Virus record (IMG/VR): IMGVR_UViG_2061766007_000442
Direction: 5' to 3' (one strand)
From: an uncultured virus (IMG/VR IMGVR_UViG_2061766007_000442)
Taxonomy: Duplodnaviria > Heunggongvirae > Uroviricota > Caudoviricetes
Length of the DNA stretch: 64,000 nucleotides
Part shown: in pieces, positions 41,221 to 54,031 of the stretch
How the letters are laid out: the number at the start of each line of letters is the position of its first letter
Numbering within the stretch: position 1 is the first letter of the stretch
Notes under the pieces: generated by a model
The model's database searches: none
Told to the model about the DNA's origin: nothing
Seen by the model: the letters and a program-made list of their open reading frames with translations, nothing else
Program-made: the position numbers and the translations under genes

Positions 41221-43128
41221 TTGGAGGCGAGAGTGAGCAATTTTTATACAGATGAATCTATTGAATCACTCGCACCATTAGAGCATGTTCGTTTGCGGCC
41301 GGGTATGTATATCGGTGACAATAGTACACCGATGCAGCTTGCTTTGGAAATCTTAGCAAACGCTATTGATGAACATAATATTGGACACGGTAATCAAATT
41401 AACGTTAATGTGGCAGATAATGGTGTAATTTGGATTGAAGATGAAGGACAAGGATTCCCAATCAATGTAATGCGCGAAGATGGTAAAACAGTTCTTCAAG
41501 CATCATTTGATGAAATGAACACATCTGGTAAGTTTTCTTCAGACGGTGTATATGAGGGTAGCGCTCTCGGTCTACATGGTCAGGGAAGTAAACTTACTAA
41601 CTTTTTGTCTAATTGGTTAGAGGTAATTTCTCATAAAGCTACTGGTGAGTATGAACACCTATGGTTTAAAGAAGGTGTGTTTGATAAAAGAGAAACAGGC
41701 AAAGGTTTTAATTGGTCTGGTACAACTGTAACCTTTAAGCCTAGCGCAGAGTTCTTTGATACTCCTTTTGTTGATATTAAGAAGCTCAAAGATTTTTGTG
41801 ATGATATTACTTGTTTCTGTCCTAAACTTACTATTAGATTAAATAATGAACAAATTCAACACCCTAACGGCATTTCAGATTTTCTAAAAAAGAAAACCGA
41901 AAATGATATTGAGATTATCAATAACCCTTTAATCATTCAAAAAAGTGAGGGTAAACAAAAACTTGACCTAGGATTAACATATACTTCCAAAAGTAATAGT
42001 AATTTTATTGTCTATGTAAATTGTGGTGCGACATCACAAGGCCCGCACATTACAAGTATTAAATCTACTATTACTCGTATTATGAATAAGTGGGCTAAAG
42101 AACAGGGTATTCTCAAAGAAAAAGAGAAGAACCTAGACGGTAGCTCACTTCAAGAAGGTTTGGTACTTGTTTGCAATATCACCGCGGAAAATGTAAGTTA
42201 TAATGCACAGGTTAAATCTACTGTTACTAAGATAGATACTTCATTCATTTCTTCTACTCTTGGACAACAACTAGAAATCTGGCTAGATAATAATCCAACA
42301 GACGGTAGAAACATTATTGAAAAAGCACTATTAGCAAGACGTGCGGCCGAGGCAGCGAAAAAGGCTCGTGCGGCAGTTAAAGCAAAAGTAAAAACAGAAC
42401 CGAAAAAGAAATCTCTAAACCTACCTTCAAAATTGGCTGATTGTTATGGTCAAGATAGAAGCAAGTGTGAAATCTATATTACAGAGGGTGATTCTGCTGG
42501 TGGTAATCTAAAGCAAGTACGCAATAATGAATACCAGGCGGTTCTTCCTGTACGCGGCAAGATTTTGAATACACAAAAAGCAAGTCTTGAAAAGATTATG
42601 AAGAACGCTGAAATCGTAGATATGATTAATGCATTTGGGTTGAAAGTTAGCCAAGACGGTAAGCGTCTTACATATGATAAATCTGCTATTCGTTATGGTA
42701 AGATTATTATTATGAGCGACGCTGACGTTGATGGTGCGCACATTAAAAATTTGTTCTATACGTTTATATGGAATTTTGCGCCAGAACTAATACAAGATGG
42801 TTTTGTATATGCGGGCGTTCCACCACTATTCAGACTTAAGAATAATCGTGAGATTATTTATATCAAAGATGACGAAGAACTAGCGCAATTTAAAGAAACA
42901 CATGATATTAGTAAGTATCAAGTTAGTCGTTTAAAGGGTTTGGGAGAAATGTCACCAGAAGAGACAGAAGAAGCATTAGTAAATCCCGAAACCAGAATTA
43001 TAAAACAAATTACCATTGAAGATTTTGGTAAAGCAGATATACTTTTTGAACAACTAATGGGTAAAGACGCAGAAAAGCGTAAAGTATATATTCGAGACAA
43101 CAGTGAAAGGGCAACAATATATGTCTAG
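41221..43128 (+). CDS. gyrB: type IIA topoisomerase subunit B (GyrB/ParE-like)
   Basis: EHVRLRPGMYIG, EGDSAGG, PVRGKILN, DADVDG, RLKGLGEM. Confidence 0.95.
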   Translation: MEARVSNFYTDESIESLAPLEHVRLRPGMYIGDNSTPMQLALEILANAIDEHNIGHGNQINVNVADNGVIWIEDEGQGFPINVMREDGKTVLQASFDEMNTSGKFSSDGVYEGSALGLHGQGSKLTNFLSNWLEVISHKATGEYEHLWFKEGVFDKRETGKGFNWSGTTVTFKPSAEFFDTPFVDIKKLKDFCDDITCFCPKLTIRLNNEQIQHPNGISDFLKKKTENDIEIINNPLIIQKSEGKQKLDLGLTYTSKSNSNFIVYVNCGATSQGPHITSIKSTITRIMNKWAKEQGILKEKEKNLDGSSLQEGLVLVCNITAENVSYNAQVKSTVTKIDTSFISSTLGQQLEIWLDNNPTDGRNIIEKALLARRAAEAAKKARAAVKAKVKTEPKKKSLNLPSKLADCYGQDRSKCEIYITEGDSAGGNLKQVRNNEYQAVLPVRGKILNTQKASLEKIMKNAEIVDMINAFGLKVSQDGKRLTYDKSAIRYGKIIIMSDADVDGAHIKNLFYTFIWNFAPELIQDGFVYAGVPPLFRLKNNREIIYIKDDEELAQFKETHDISKYQVSRLKGLGEMSPEETEEALVNPETRIIKQITIEDFGKADILFEQLMGKDAEKRKVYIRDNSERATIYV

Positions 43129-45344
43129 TTATGATGTTTGTAAAGAGCTAGGCCAAAATTTTATTGATTATGCCTATGCTGTAAATACTGATAGGGCTAT
43201 ACCAAATGCGGCGGACGGTTTGAAACCAGTCGCACGCCGCATCCTTTGGTCAATGGCTCAAGAAAAGTTTGTACATAATAAATCATATGTAAAATGTGCT
43301 CGTGTTGTTGGTGATGTTATCGGTAAGTATCACCCGCATGGAGATACATCTGTATATGATGCAATGACACGTTTGGCGCAGGAATGGAACATGCGCTATC
43401 CTATTATTGATTGGCATGGCAATAAGGGTAACATTGGTGGCGATGGTGCGGCTGCGATGCGTTATACAGAGTGTCGTCTTACCCGCCTAGCGGAAGAAAG
43501 TTTCTTGGGTAGTATCAATAAAAAAGTTGTTGATATGCAGCCGAACTATTCAGAAGATATTGAAGAGCCTGTACTTCTTCCCGCGCTTTTTCCAAATCTA
43601 CTATGTAATCAAACAAGTGGTATTGGCGTAGCGCTTGCATGTAACTGGCTCCCGCACAATCTCAATGATATAGTAAATCATGCTATTATTCCATATCTAT
43701 TGGGTGAAGAAGTTAATATAGATAAAATCTATCCTGATTTTCCAACAGGTGGTACAATTGTAAATCAAAAAGATATTAGTTCTATTTACAAAACTGGTAA
43801 AGGTAAAGTTATTGTTGAAGGTAACTATGTCGAAGAACAACGTAATGGTAAAAATCTTCTAGTATTTACAGAAATTCCTTATGGCACAAAGATTGAATAT
43901 AGTGAGCAAGGTAAATCTAAGGGTATTATCCCGCAACTAAGAGAAGCCATCCAAAAGGAAAAGATTGATGGTATAGAGGATGTGCGGGATGAAAGTGCCA
44001 AACAGATTCGTATAGTGTTGGAACTTTCGCCTGAAGCAAATATAGATACAGTGTTAGCACAAGTGTTTATGGAAACAGACTTGCGGCAGACGTATAATGC
44101 TAATCAAATTGCTTTGGTTGGAAAAACTCCAAAACTACTTACTCTAGCAAATGTACTTGAAATTTATAAACAGCATACTCTGTCTTGTTTGAAACGAGAA
44201 TTTGAATTTGATTATCAAAAATACACTGATAGAATTGAAATTCTTGAAGGATTGATTTTTGCCACGCAAAGAATTGACAATGTTATTAGGGTTATTCGTG
44301 GCGAAGCTACTACATCAAACCTACAGACAGTATATCCAGAATTAACTAATAGACAAGTTAATGCTATTTTGGATATGAAACTTGGTAGACTTTCTAAACT
44401 TGAAGAAGAAAAGCTAATTAAAGAGAAAGAGCAGAAGGAAGAACTAGCTGCTTGGTGCAAGTCTGTCATTGAGTCTGAACAACTACAAATTGATGAACTT
44501 ATTAAAAGACTTAAAGATATGCGGGACAGCTATGGCGACAACCGCCGCACTAAAGTAACTCAAAAACAAATTATTAAGCCAACTGCAAAGAAAACTATTA
44601 AGCAAATCATCCCGCAAGATGTAATTGTTACTTACAATAGTCTTGGATATATTCAGAGTATTCCAGTTAAAGTTTATCGCGCAGTNNNNNNNNNNTAATA
44701 GTCTTGGATATATTCAGAGTATTCCAGTTAAAGTTTATCGCGCAGTTAAGAATGATTTTATCGTTAATCATTTTAAAACTCAAACTACAGATATGATACT
44801 CCTATTTTCTTCTTTTGGAAAAGTATATCGTATCAATGTTAGTAGTATTGCAGAGTGCGGAGTAAAAGACAAGGGCACCGCGGTTGGGTCATTAATTAGT
44901 CTAGAAAATGGAGAGAAGATACTTAACATTTTCTCTATGAATATTGATGAAAAACACCCATACATAGTTGGCTTTACAAAGTCTGGTTTGGTTAAGAAAT
45001 CTGATAAGACTATTTATCTTGGTGAAACACAGAATAAGCGAGGATTAAAAGCTGCTGGACTTAATGATAATGATGAATTTATTTCATGGTTTGAATGTAA
45101 TGGAGATTATGCGGTACTAATATCTCACGACGATTATATTATTCAATTTGAACTTGAAAAAGTCAATCCTGTTGGTAAAACCGCCAAGGGAGTAAAAGGT
45201 ATTTCACTTGCGGAAGGCGATTATGTAATAAAAGCTATCGTTTGTAATCCCGCAGTTGACAGAATAGAATATAAAAAGTATAATAAAGTTATACATGGAA
45301 TTAAAGTACAAAGTCGTGCGGGGAAAGGTAAGAAATATGTCTAA
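43121..45344 (+). CDS. gyrA: type IIA topoisomerase subunit A (GyrA/ParC-like; small duplication at a gap)
   Basis: DGLKPVARR, YHPHGD, AAMRYTE, PHNL, PDFPTGG, beta-pinwheel tail. Confidence 0.95.
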
Positions 45345-46990
45345 TCTATACCCTGGGTCACACCAGGTTCCTGCAATGCGTTATCATAATAAACTATCAG
45401 ATAGTTTAATTGATGCCGCGTTTACAAATGGAGAGTGGGTCGCTCAAGAAAAAGTTGATGGCGCTTGGTATATGCTAGAAAAGATAGACAATAATCATGT
45501 TTATCTTTTTGGTAGAACAAAGTCTAAGAAAACTGGAGAGCTAACAGAAAAATCTGAAAACGTCCCGCACATTATTGATTGGGCTAAGCACGAACTTCCA
45601 GATGATACAGTTATTATTGGTGAAATATACGTTCCAAATGGTAAGTCTAATGATGTAACNNNNNNNNNNGAAATCTGAAAACGTCCCGCACATTATTGAT
45701 TGGGCTAAGCACGAACTTCCAGATGATACGGTTATTATTGGTGAAATATACGTTCCAAATGGTAAGTCTAATGATGTAACAAAAATTATGGGTTGTACTC
45801 CTGCGAACGCTATTAAGCGTCAGACTCAAACGTTTGAATATGGAGGGCCAATTCATTATTATGTTTTTGACTGTATAAGGTACAATGGTAAAGATTTGTG
45901 TGATAAGGGTTTTCTCACCAGATATTCCATGCTAAAAAACTTTGTATATGGCATACATGTNNNNNNNNNNCAATAAGGGCTTTCTCACCAGATATTCCAT
46001 GCTAAAAAACTTTGTATATGGCATACATGTCGAGCTTAGCCAAGTTTACGATTCAAATTTTGAGTCCATACTTTCAGAAATTTTTATGGAAGGGGGAGAA
46101 GGTATGGTTTTCAAACGTAAAGATTCTAAGTATGAACCTGATAAGCGTCCTACAACTTGTTTTAAACTAAAAGAGCATGTAGATAGTGTAGACTTGATTT
46201 GTATGGAACTTTTGGAACCAGAAAAAGAATATACCGGCACAGAAGANNNNNNNNNNGTTAAAAGAACATGTAGATAGTGTAGACTTAATTTGTATGGAAC
46301 TTTTGGAACCAGAAAAAGAATATACCGGCACAGAAGAAGATACATGGCGCTATTGGTATAGCAGTAGTATGGATAAAACTTATTTATATGAAAAAGATGT
46401 AAATAATTTATGTTCTGCGAGAGATTATTTTGCTGATATAGAAGATATTGAGCCAGTTACAAAGCATTGNNNNNNNNNNATATGGATAAAACTTATCTAT
46501 ATGAAAAAGATGTAAATAATTTATGCTCTGCAAGAGATTATTTTGCTGATATAGAAGATATTGAGCCAGTTACAAAGCATTGGTTTTATGGGTGGAAAAA
46601 TGCTATGCGGTTAGGCGCATATGATAATGGAAGAATCGTTGAAGTTGGACGTGTTGCTTCTGGTTTATCAGATGATTTGCGAGCAGATATGGCAGAAAAT
46701 CCTGAAAGGTATCTAAATCAGGTTGTACAAGTGTCATGTATGTCCCTTAACAAGAAAGATAAAACGATTCGCCATCCTGTCTTTNNNNNNNNNNCGGAAG
46801 AATCGTTGAAGTTGGGCGTGTTGCTTCTGGTTTATCAGATGATTTGCGGGCAGATATGGCAGAAAATCCTGAAAGGTATCTAAATCAGGTTGTACAGGTG
46901 TCATGTATGTCTCTCAACAAGAAAGATAAAACCATTCGTCATCCTGTCTTTGAGTCAATGCGTTATGATAAAGACATAAATGATTGTAAN
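45337..46990 (+). CDS. ATP-dependent DNA ligase (fragmented by gaps)
   Basis: EKVDG, GEIY, VFD, EGMVFK, FKLK, IRHPVF...RYDK. Confidence 0.85.
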
Positions 46991-47273
46991 NNNNNNNNNN
47001 NNNNNNNNNNNNNNNNNNNNNNNNNNNNNNNNNNNNNNNNNNNNNNNNNNNNNNNNNNNNNNNNNNNNNNNNNNNNNNNNNNNNNNNNNNNNNNNNNNGA
47101 AGAAGGGTCTAACCGAGCGCGTCGAGGTCGAGGGCATCGAGAAGAAGGTCATCCGTCTTACCCCTGCTGGCGAGCAGGCCGATCCGGATGCTGAGAAGCC
47201 CGTTGCTGAGTAATCTAACTTAGCAAACGACAGAAAGGGCGGAGGTAGGCAACTACCTCCGTTTTTTTTTAAT

Positions 47274-48802
47274 ATGGAGATACTAGTAATTATTTTATTC
47301 GTTCTCTGTATTATAAGTTTTTTTGTTGGTCGTAAATTTGCTTCAAAACCAATAGATGATAAAAACGAAGAAATAAAACAAAAAAATGAAGAATTACATC
47401 AACAAGAATTAAAATTAGAATCTAGAATTATTAATTTAGACACAGATATAAAATGAAAAGAACAACAATTAGGTGCGGCAGATGAAAAAATTCAATTAAT
47501 TCAAAAGCAATATGAAGAAAAATTAAAAGTAATTGAAAATACTAAACAACTTGCTGATGAAGAATTAAAACAACGTAAAAAAGTATTAGAAAATGAATTT
47601 GAAAACTATAAATCAGAACAAACAATAATTAAAGGTCAAATTGAAAATCAAATTTGGCAATTACAATCTGATTTAGAATCTTTAAAATCTACTAAAGCTG
47701 CCGCGATTGAAGCTGCAAGAAAAGAACAAGAAATACAAGAGAACAAAGAGTTCTATACTTTACAAATTCCAAGAGAAGAAAAAAGAGATATAGAAATTCT
47801 TGAAGATACTAAAATGAGAATTTCAAAACCTCGTGCAATTGCAATGGTAATATGAACTGCATACTATCAACAGATAGCTAAAACCAAATTTCCTAAAATC
47901 TTAGGTAAACAAGATGTGTGCGGCATCTATAAAATNNNNNNNNNNAATAGCTAAAACCAAGTTTCCTAAAATCTTAGGTAAACAAGATGTGTGCGGCATC
48001 TATAAAATTACAAACCTTGTCACTGGCGAATGTTACATAGGACAGAGCAAGGACGTTCGCAAGCGTTGGTATGAACACATGAAAGCTGCGATAGGTATTG
48101 ATACACCAGTTGGCAATAAATTATATGCGGCAATGCAAGCACAGGGTATTGATAATTTTACATTTGAACTTTTAGAAGAGTGTCAGCCGCAAGANNNNNN
48201 NNNNNNNNNNNNNNNNNNNNNNNNNNNNNNNNNNNNNNNNNNNNNNNNNNNNNNNNNNNNNNNNNNNNNNNNNNNNNNNNNNNNNNNNNNNNNNNNNNNN
48301 NNNNNNNNNNNNNNNNNNNNNNNNNNNNNNNNNNNNNNAGTTACTATTGGAGATAATGATATTGATTTAGCTAAGCGATTATGAAAAGCTGGAACAGAAC
48401 ATCGTAAATATTTGCGTATGATACAAGTATGAGTTGATATNNNNNNNNNNCGCATACTATCAACAGATAGCTAAAACTAAATTTCCTAAAATCTTAGGTA
48501 AACAAGATGTGTGCGGCATCTATAAAATTACGAACCTTGTCACTGGTGAATGTTACATAGGACAAAGCAAGGACGTCCGCAAGCGTTGATATGAACACAT
48601 GAAAGCTGCGATAGGTATTGATACACCGGTTGGTAATAAATTATATGCGGCAATGCAAGCACAAGGTATTGATAATTTTACATTTGAACTTTTAGAAGAG
48701 TGTCAGCCGCAAGATTTAGACAAAAAAGAAAAGTATTTTATAGAGTTATATCATTCTGATTCTCTTGGATATAATGGTAATGCAGGGAAAGGAACTCGAT
48801 AG
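47274..48802 (+). CDS. N-terminal TM + coiled coil + GIY-YIG nuclease (TGA=Trp; allelic duplicates inside)
   Basis: TM segment, long coiled coil read through TGA at 47454, CGIYKITN...YIGQS...RW..H. Confidence 0.7.
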
Positions 48803-49434
48803 TGAAATTTCAAACTATAGATGTTCAAGGATTTTATCCTGCTATGCGGGGTATGCGTAATCCTTTAAAATCTTACAGTAAAGCTGATACTTATCAATAT
48901 CCTGTGGTTACTATTGGAGATAATGATATTGATTTAGCTAAGCGATTATGAAAAGCGGGAACAGAACATCGTAAATATTTGCGTATGATACAAGTATGAG
49001 TTGATATTTGAGCACCTAGATATTTTTGAAGTGAATTTGATACTTATAAAATAGGAACAGTTGCTAATTCAGAATCTACAATGCACAAAATTTTAGAAGA
49101 AGATTTTGATGAAGAAAATTTTGAGTGACCAGATTTTGATTTATTAGATTCAGATATAGAAGAAGTATATCGAGATTATATTGATGTATTGCGTACTATT
49201 AAAAATAGATACCAAGAACATCCCGAATCTCGAAATCATTTTTTAAAAATCTTAAAAGGCATGTTACCAGAATCTTTTATACAAAAGCGTACTATTTGTG
49301 TAAATTATGAAACATTGGCAAATATGTATCATCAAAGAAAACATCATAGGTTGCCGCAATGGTCTAGAGATTTTGTAGATTGAATATATACTTTACCTTA
49401 TAATGAATTAATTACAGGAGATTTTTATGAATAA
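48802..49434 (+). CDS. phage ThyX-like (flavin-dependent thymidylate synthase-like) protein, 6 in-frame TGA=Trp
   Basis: AMRGMRNPL.S, EHRKYLRMIQV[W]VDI[W]APRYF[W]SEFDTYK, NSESTMH, R.HHRLPQW. Confidence 0.75.
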
Positions 49435-49561
49435 CGAAGAATATATTTGATGTTGCGTTTGAATTAATACATTATTGGAGCAGTTAGGATGATTTGACGA
49501 AGAATAAAAAATTTGTTATAATATTATTATAATAGCAGAATGAATAGAAAGTAGGAATTAG

Positions 49562-50494
49562 ATGAAGAGTAATTGGACGAATAATGCACATGTTGAAGGA
49601 TATATTTTTTCTCATAGTCTACAGGCTCGTGTAACGGGAGAGCAGTCAAAGAATCCTGGAACTCCGTTCATTCAGGGTATTCTTAATGTTGCCACCGATG
49701 ATAAGGGTATGAATGTAGTCCCCGTTTCGTTTACTTATGTTACAGAGTATTATTCTCGTAGTGGCAAGGAGAACGCAACTTATAAGGTTCTACAGCAGAT
49801 TATTAATGGTCAGCAGAATACTTATGAGCAGGTAGGTGCATCTGCGCTTAAGGTTCGTATTGATGGTGACGTTGAGATTAATGACTTCCTTGGACGTGAT
49901 GGCAATATGGTAGCTGCCAAGCGTGTACGTGGTAGCTTCTGTCACATTGTTAATGATGTTAATTTTGGTGCAACTTTTGAGACTGATATGCTTATCGCAG
50001 ATGCATCAATGCAGGAAGTCGAAGATGGCGATGACTACATGAATGTTCGTGGTTATGCGTTCAACTTCCGTGGTGACCTACTTCCTGTTACTTATACTAT
50101 TGATAATCCCGATGGTATCAAGTATTTTGAGAATTGTGATATTAGCAACAACAATCCTCTACTTACTCGTGTTTGGGGTAATATTGTTTCCACCACAATC
50201 GAGACAAAGAACGAGGTTGAGTCTGCATTTGGTGGCCCGCAAGTTAATATCACAACTCGTACACTTCGTTCTTGGAAGATTGACGGTTGTGCGGCAGAGC
50301 CTTATGAGTTTGATGATGAGTCAACTCTCACTCGTGATGAGCTAAAGCAGAAGCTCGATGAGCGTGAAGAGCGTGTCGCGGCCGAGAAGAAGCGTGCTGA
50401 AGATTATCAGGCTTCTCGCAACGCTAGCGGTAATGCTTTTGCGGCTCCTGCGAGCAAGGCTTCTGATACTTCCGCAAGCGACTTCAAGTTTTAA
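49562..50494 (+). CDS. putative single-stranded DNA-binding protein
   Basis: position in replication cluster, beta-rich, acidic-aromatic tail (SDFKF). Confidence 0.55.
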   Translation: MKSNWTNNAHVEGYIFSHSLQARVTGEQSKNPGTPFIQGILNVATDDKGMNVVPVSFTYVTEYYSRSGKENATYKVLQQIINGQQNTYEQVGASALKVRIDGDVEINDFLGRDGNMVAAKRVRGSFCHIVNDVNFGATFETDMLIADASMQEVEDGDDYMNVRGYAFNFRGDLLPVTYTIDNPDGIKYFENCDISNNNPLLTRVWGNIVSTTIETKNEVESAFGGPQVNITTRTLRSWKIDGCAAEPYEFDDESTLTRDELKQKLDEREERVAAEKKRAEDYQASRNASGNAFAAPASKASDTSASDFKF

Positions 50495-50506
50495 TAAAAG
50501 GGGGTA

Positions 50507-51595
50507 ATGAAAGTGGCTATTGATCTTCTTTCCATTACCCCGCATGAAGTTAGTCGTGATTTATGCGGATACACGGTAATGTTTTATGGTGAACCCAAAA
50601 CGGGCAAAACCACAATTGCATCTCAATTTCCTAAAGCATTACTCCTAGCCTTTGAAACAGGTTATCTTGCTATTCCCGGTATTATGGCTCAGCCCATTAA
50701 TAAGTGGTCAGAATTTAAGCAAGTTCTAAAGCAACTTAAAGAAGAAGAAGTGCATAAGCAATTCTCTAATATTGTTGTTGATACTGTTGATATTGCATAC
50801 GACCTTTGTGAAAAGTTTATATGCAATCAAGCTGGAGTTAGTGCAATCAATGAAATTCCTTATGGTCAGGGATGGTCTAAGGCTAGTAAAGAGTTTGATG
50901 AAGCTCTGCGCAGCATCCCGCAAATGGGATATGGTTTAATTATGATTAGTCACTCTCAAGATAAGTCATTTGTAGATGAAAATGGTAGAGAGTACAATCA
51001 GATTGTACCTACTCTTGCTAATCGTCCGCGTCTCATTGTAGACCGCATGAGTGATATTATTGGTTTTGCTCATTTCTCGCAGGATGAAGATGAAACCGCT
51101 CATACCACTCTCTATATGCGTGGTACTCCACGTTTCGTAGCNNNNNNNNNNCTCTTTTTCCGCATATTCTTCTTAAATCTATTATAGCATAAAAAAATAG
51201 AGCTGTCAAATAAAAGACCTCCGCAAAGGAGGTCTTTGTCAGAAAAAGTATATAGTTTTTATGACATTAAATTCCCATACCCATTGCATCAACTAAGTCG
51301 TCAACAATAAGAGCAAGTTGCTCNNNNNNNNNNCACAGATAAGCGTACCGAAGCGCATACGCCGCAGCCAGAACTTGATTTTGATGTTCTAATGAAGCAG
51401 TTTAATGATGCGGTTGCTAAGCTTCAAGAAGTCTCTGGTGGAGAGTTTGGTACTAAATGGGCTCCCCGCATTGTTGAGATTACAACAAAGCATTTAGGTG
51501 CCGGTAAAAAGGTTAGTGATATGACTCGTTCTCAAACAGAGCAACTTGCTCTTATTGTTGACGACTTAGTTGATGCAATGGGTATGGGCATTTAA
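50507..51595 (+). CDS. AAA_24/Sak4-like ATPase (locally scrambled by assembly)
   Basis: GEPKTGKT, VVDTVD, ISHSQ. Confidence 0.75.
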
Positions 51596-52028
51596 ATCTT
51601 TTTACATATATCTTACAAAAGACCTCCTTTGCGGAGGTCTTTTATTTGACAGCTCTATTTTTTTATGNNNNNNNNNNTGTATGTGCTTCGGTGCGCTTGT
51701 CTGTAATAAACTTACCTTGTGTCTCTTGAGCCTGCTTATCAATTGCGTCTCCAATAGCATCAACTAAATTTTGATATGTAAATTCAATCGAATCTGGCGT
51801 ATACTTAAAACGAGAACCAGCTACGAAACGTGGAGTGCCACGCATATAAAGAGTGGTATGGGCGGTTTCATCTTCATCCTGCGAGAAATGAGCGAAACCA
51901 ATAATATCACTCATGCGGTCTACAATAAGACGCGGACGATTAGCAAGAGTAGGTACAATCTGATTGTACTCTCTACCNNNNNNNNNNCTTTCCTCATGTT
52001 TATGCTGATTATATCCAAGAGAAGAACA

Positions 52029-52478
52029 AAAAGAATCANNNNNNNNNNATTTTATAGAGAAGATGAAGAATATATACAAGTAGGTAGAAGATATGCTCAC
52101 AAAGAATGTGGCGAGATAAAAGATAAAATACATCAGTTGATGAAAGAAAAATGTGGAGAAAGTTATTCTAAAAATAAAATTGATAGCCAGATAGCAAAGT
52201 TTACAAAAGATGGATATAAGTTAACAGATATTTGGGAAACTATTAATTGGTGGTTCGGAATTAAGAATGAGGATGCAAGTAAAGCAAATGGCGGTATAGG
52301 AATTTTTCCTCATGTTTATGCTGATTATATCCAAGAGAAGAATAAAAAGAATCGGTATAAAGATACACTAGCGGGTCAAAAAATTAGTGATTATATAGAC
52401 GAACCACGCAAACCTGTTACAGTAAGTAGAAAATATTTAAAAAAACCAAAAAGAGTAAAATTGTTTGATTTGAAGTAA
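52029..52478 (+). CDS. hypothetical protein upstream of the helicase (start lost in a gap)
   Basis: RYAHKEC, GIGIFPHVY. Confidence 0.5.
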   Translation, partial: KRIXXXXFYREDEEYIQVGRRYAHKECGEIKDKIHQLMKEKCGESYSKNKIDSQIAKFTKDGYKLTDIWETINWWFGIKNEDASKANGGIGIFPHVYADYIQEKNKKNRYKDTLAGQKISDYIDEPRKPVTVSRKYLKKPKRVKLFDLK

Positions 52479-52490
52479 TGGAGGACTATA

Positions 52491-54023
52491 TTGAGTAAAA
52501 GTAAATATATAGATTCTCCATCTGCGGTACAAGTAATTGGTTGCATCATGCGGCAACCATCTTTAATGAATGACGATGGAAAATATTTCTTTAATGAAGA
52601 TGATTTTCCAAATGATTTTCATAAAACTGTTTTTGGAGCAATTTTTAATTTGCATCAGATGGGTGCAACTGGAATAACGATTAGAACAATTGAAGATTAT
52701 TTGTCTAGTAGACCAGAATCATTAGCAGTTTATAAAACTGGTAAAGGTTCTGAATGGTTGAAGAATGTCTCAAACAGTGCAGATGTTGCAAATTTTGATT
52801 ATTATTATAATAGAATCAAAAAAATGACACTTCTGCGGGAGTACGATAATATTGGGTTAGATGTCAGATGGATATATGACCCAGATAATTTATTTGATGT
52901 AAAAAAGAAACAACAACAAGAAAACTATCTCGATAATTTGTCATTGAATGAAATGGCAAATATGATTGAAGATAGAATTGATAATATCCGCCGCACTTAT
53001 ATAGATAATAGTACAGATGATTCTATTGAAGTTGGAAATGGAATTTTAGAACTCATTGAAGAACTTCAACAGGAACCAGAAATGGGTGCGCCGTTATATG
53101 GACCTTTTATTAACACCGCAGTTAGAGGGATGCGGGAAGGTAAGTTTTATTTAAGGTCAGCCGCAACTGGTGTGGGTAAAACTCGTACCATGATAGCAGA
53201 TGCATGTAACTGTGCATGTGATAAGATATGGATTAATGGACAATGGCACGATAACGGGCCGAAAAGACCAAGTCTTTTTATTAGTACAGAGCTTGAATTA
53301 GATGAAATTCAAACTATGTGTTTAGCATTTTTAGCAAATGTAGACGAAGAACATATCTTGATAGGCGATTATGATTTCGGAGAAAAAGATAGAGTTATTG
53401 AAGCTGCAAAAATTTTGGCAGAGTCGCCTTTATATATTGAAGAGATACCAGATTTCAATTTGAGAGATATTGAAAATATAATCAAAAGAAATATTAGGAT
53501 GCATGGTTGTAAATATATCTTTTATGATTATATTCATACATCTATGAAGATTTTAGAAGAAATATCTCAACGGTCTGGTGGAGTAAGATTAAGAGAAGAT
53601 AATATCTTGTTTTTGCTTAGTGTAAAATTAAAAGATATATGTAATCAATTTGGAGTGTTTATTTTAAGTAGTACACAGTTAAATCAAGATTGGAAATCAT
53701 CAGATATACCAGACCAGAATTTGCTTCGTGGTGCGAAGTCAATGGCAGATAAAATTGATGTTGGTATGATTTTATTAGATGTAACTGAAGATGACAAAGA
53801 AGCATTAGAACCACTGTGTATGGAATCTGGTTTTGCAATGCCCAACGTTAAACTTTCTATTTATAAGAATCGTAGAGGGTCTTATAATAAATGTTATCTT
53901 TGGATGAACGCAGATAAGTCAACTTGTAGATTTAGAGCAGCATTTTGTACAAGTTACAAGTATCAGTTGATTCATATTGCAGACCAACCATTCAATAGTA
54001 TGACTGGAGAAATATATTACTAG
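52491..54023 (+). CDS. dnaB: DnaB-like replicative helicase
   Basis: AATGVGKT, FISTEL, FYDYI, TQLN, LRGAKS.ADK.D, KNRRG. Confidence 0.9.
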   Translation: MSKSKYIDSPSAVQVIGCIMRQPSLMNDDGKYFFNEDDFPNDFHKTVFGAIFNLHQMGATGITIRTIEDYLSSRPESLAVYKTGKGSEWLKNVSNSADVANFDYYYNRIKKMTLLREYDNIGLDVRWIYDPDNLFDVKKKQQQENYLDNLSLNEMANMIEDRIDNIRRTYIDNSTDDSIEVGNGILELIEELQQEPEMGAPLYGPFINTAVRGMREGKFYLRSAATGVGKTRTMIADACNCACDKIWINGQWHDNGPKRPSLFISTELELDEIQTMCLAFLANVDEEHILIGDYDFGEKDRVIEAAKILAESPLYIEEIPDFNLRDIENIIKRNIRMHGCKYIFYDYIHTSMKILEEISQRSGGVRLREDNILFLLSVKLKDICNQFGVFILSSTQLNQDWKSSDIPDQNLLRGAKSMADKIDVGMILLDVTEDDKEALEPLCMESGFAMPNVKLSIYKNRRGSYNKCYLWMNADKSTCRFRAAFCTSYKYQLIHIADQPFNSMTGEIYY

Positions 54024-54031
54024 GAGAATAA

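Noticed and set aside
51152..51977. Inverted pieces of the AAA ATPase region suggesting an invertible element
   Set aside because: Bounded by 10-N gaps, no invertase or inverted repeats; most likely misoriented contigs
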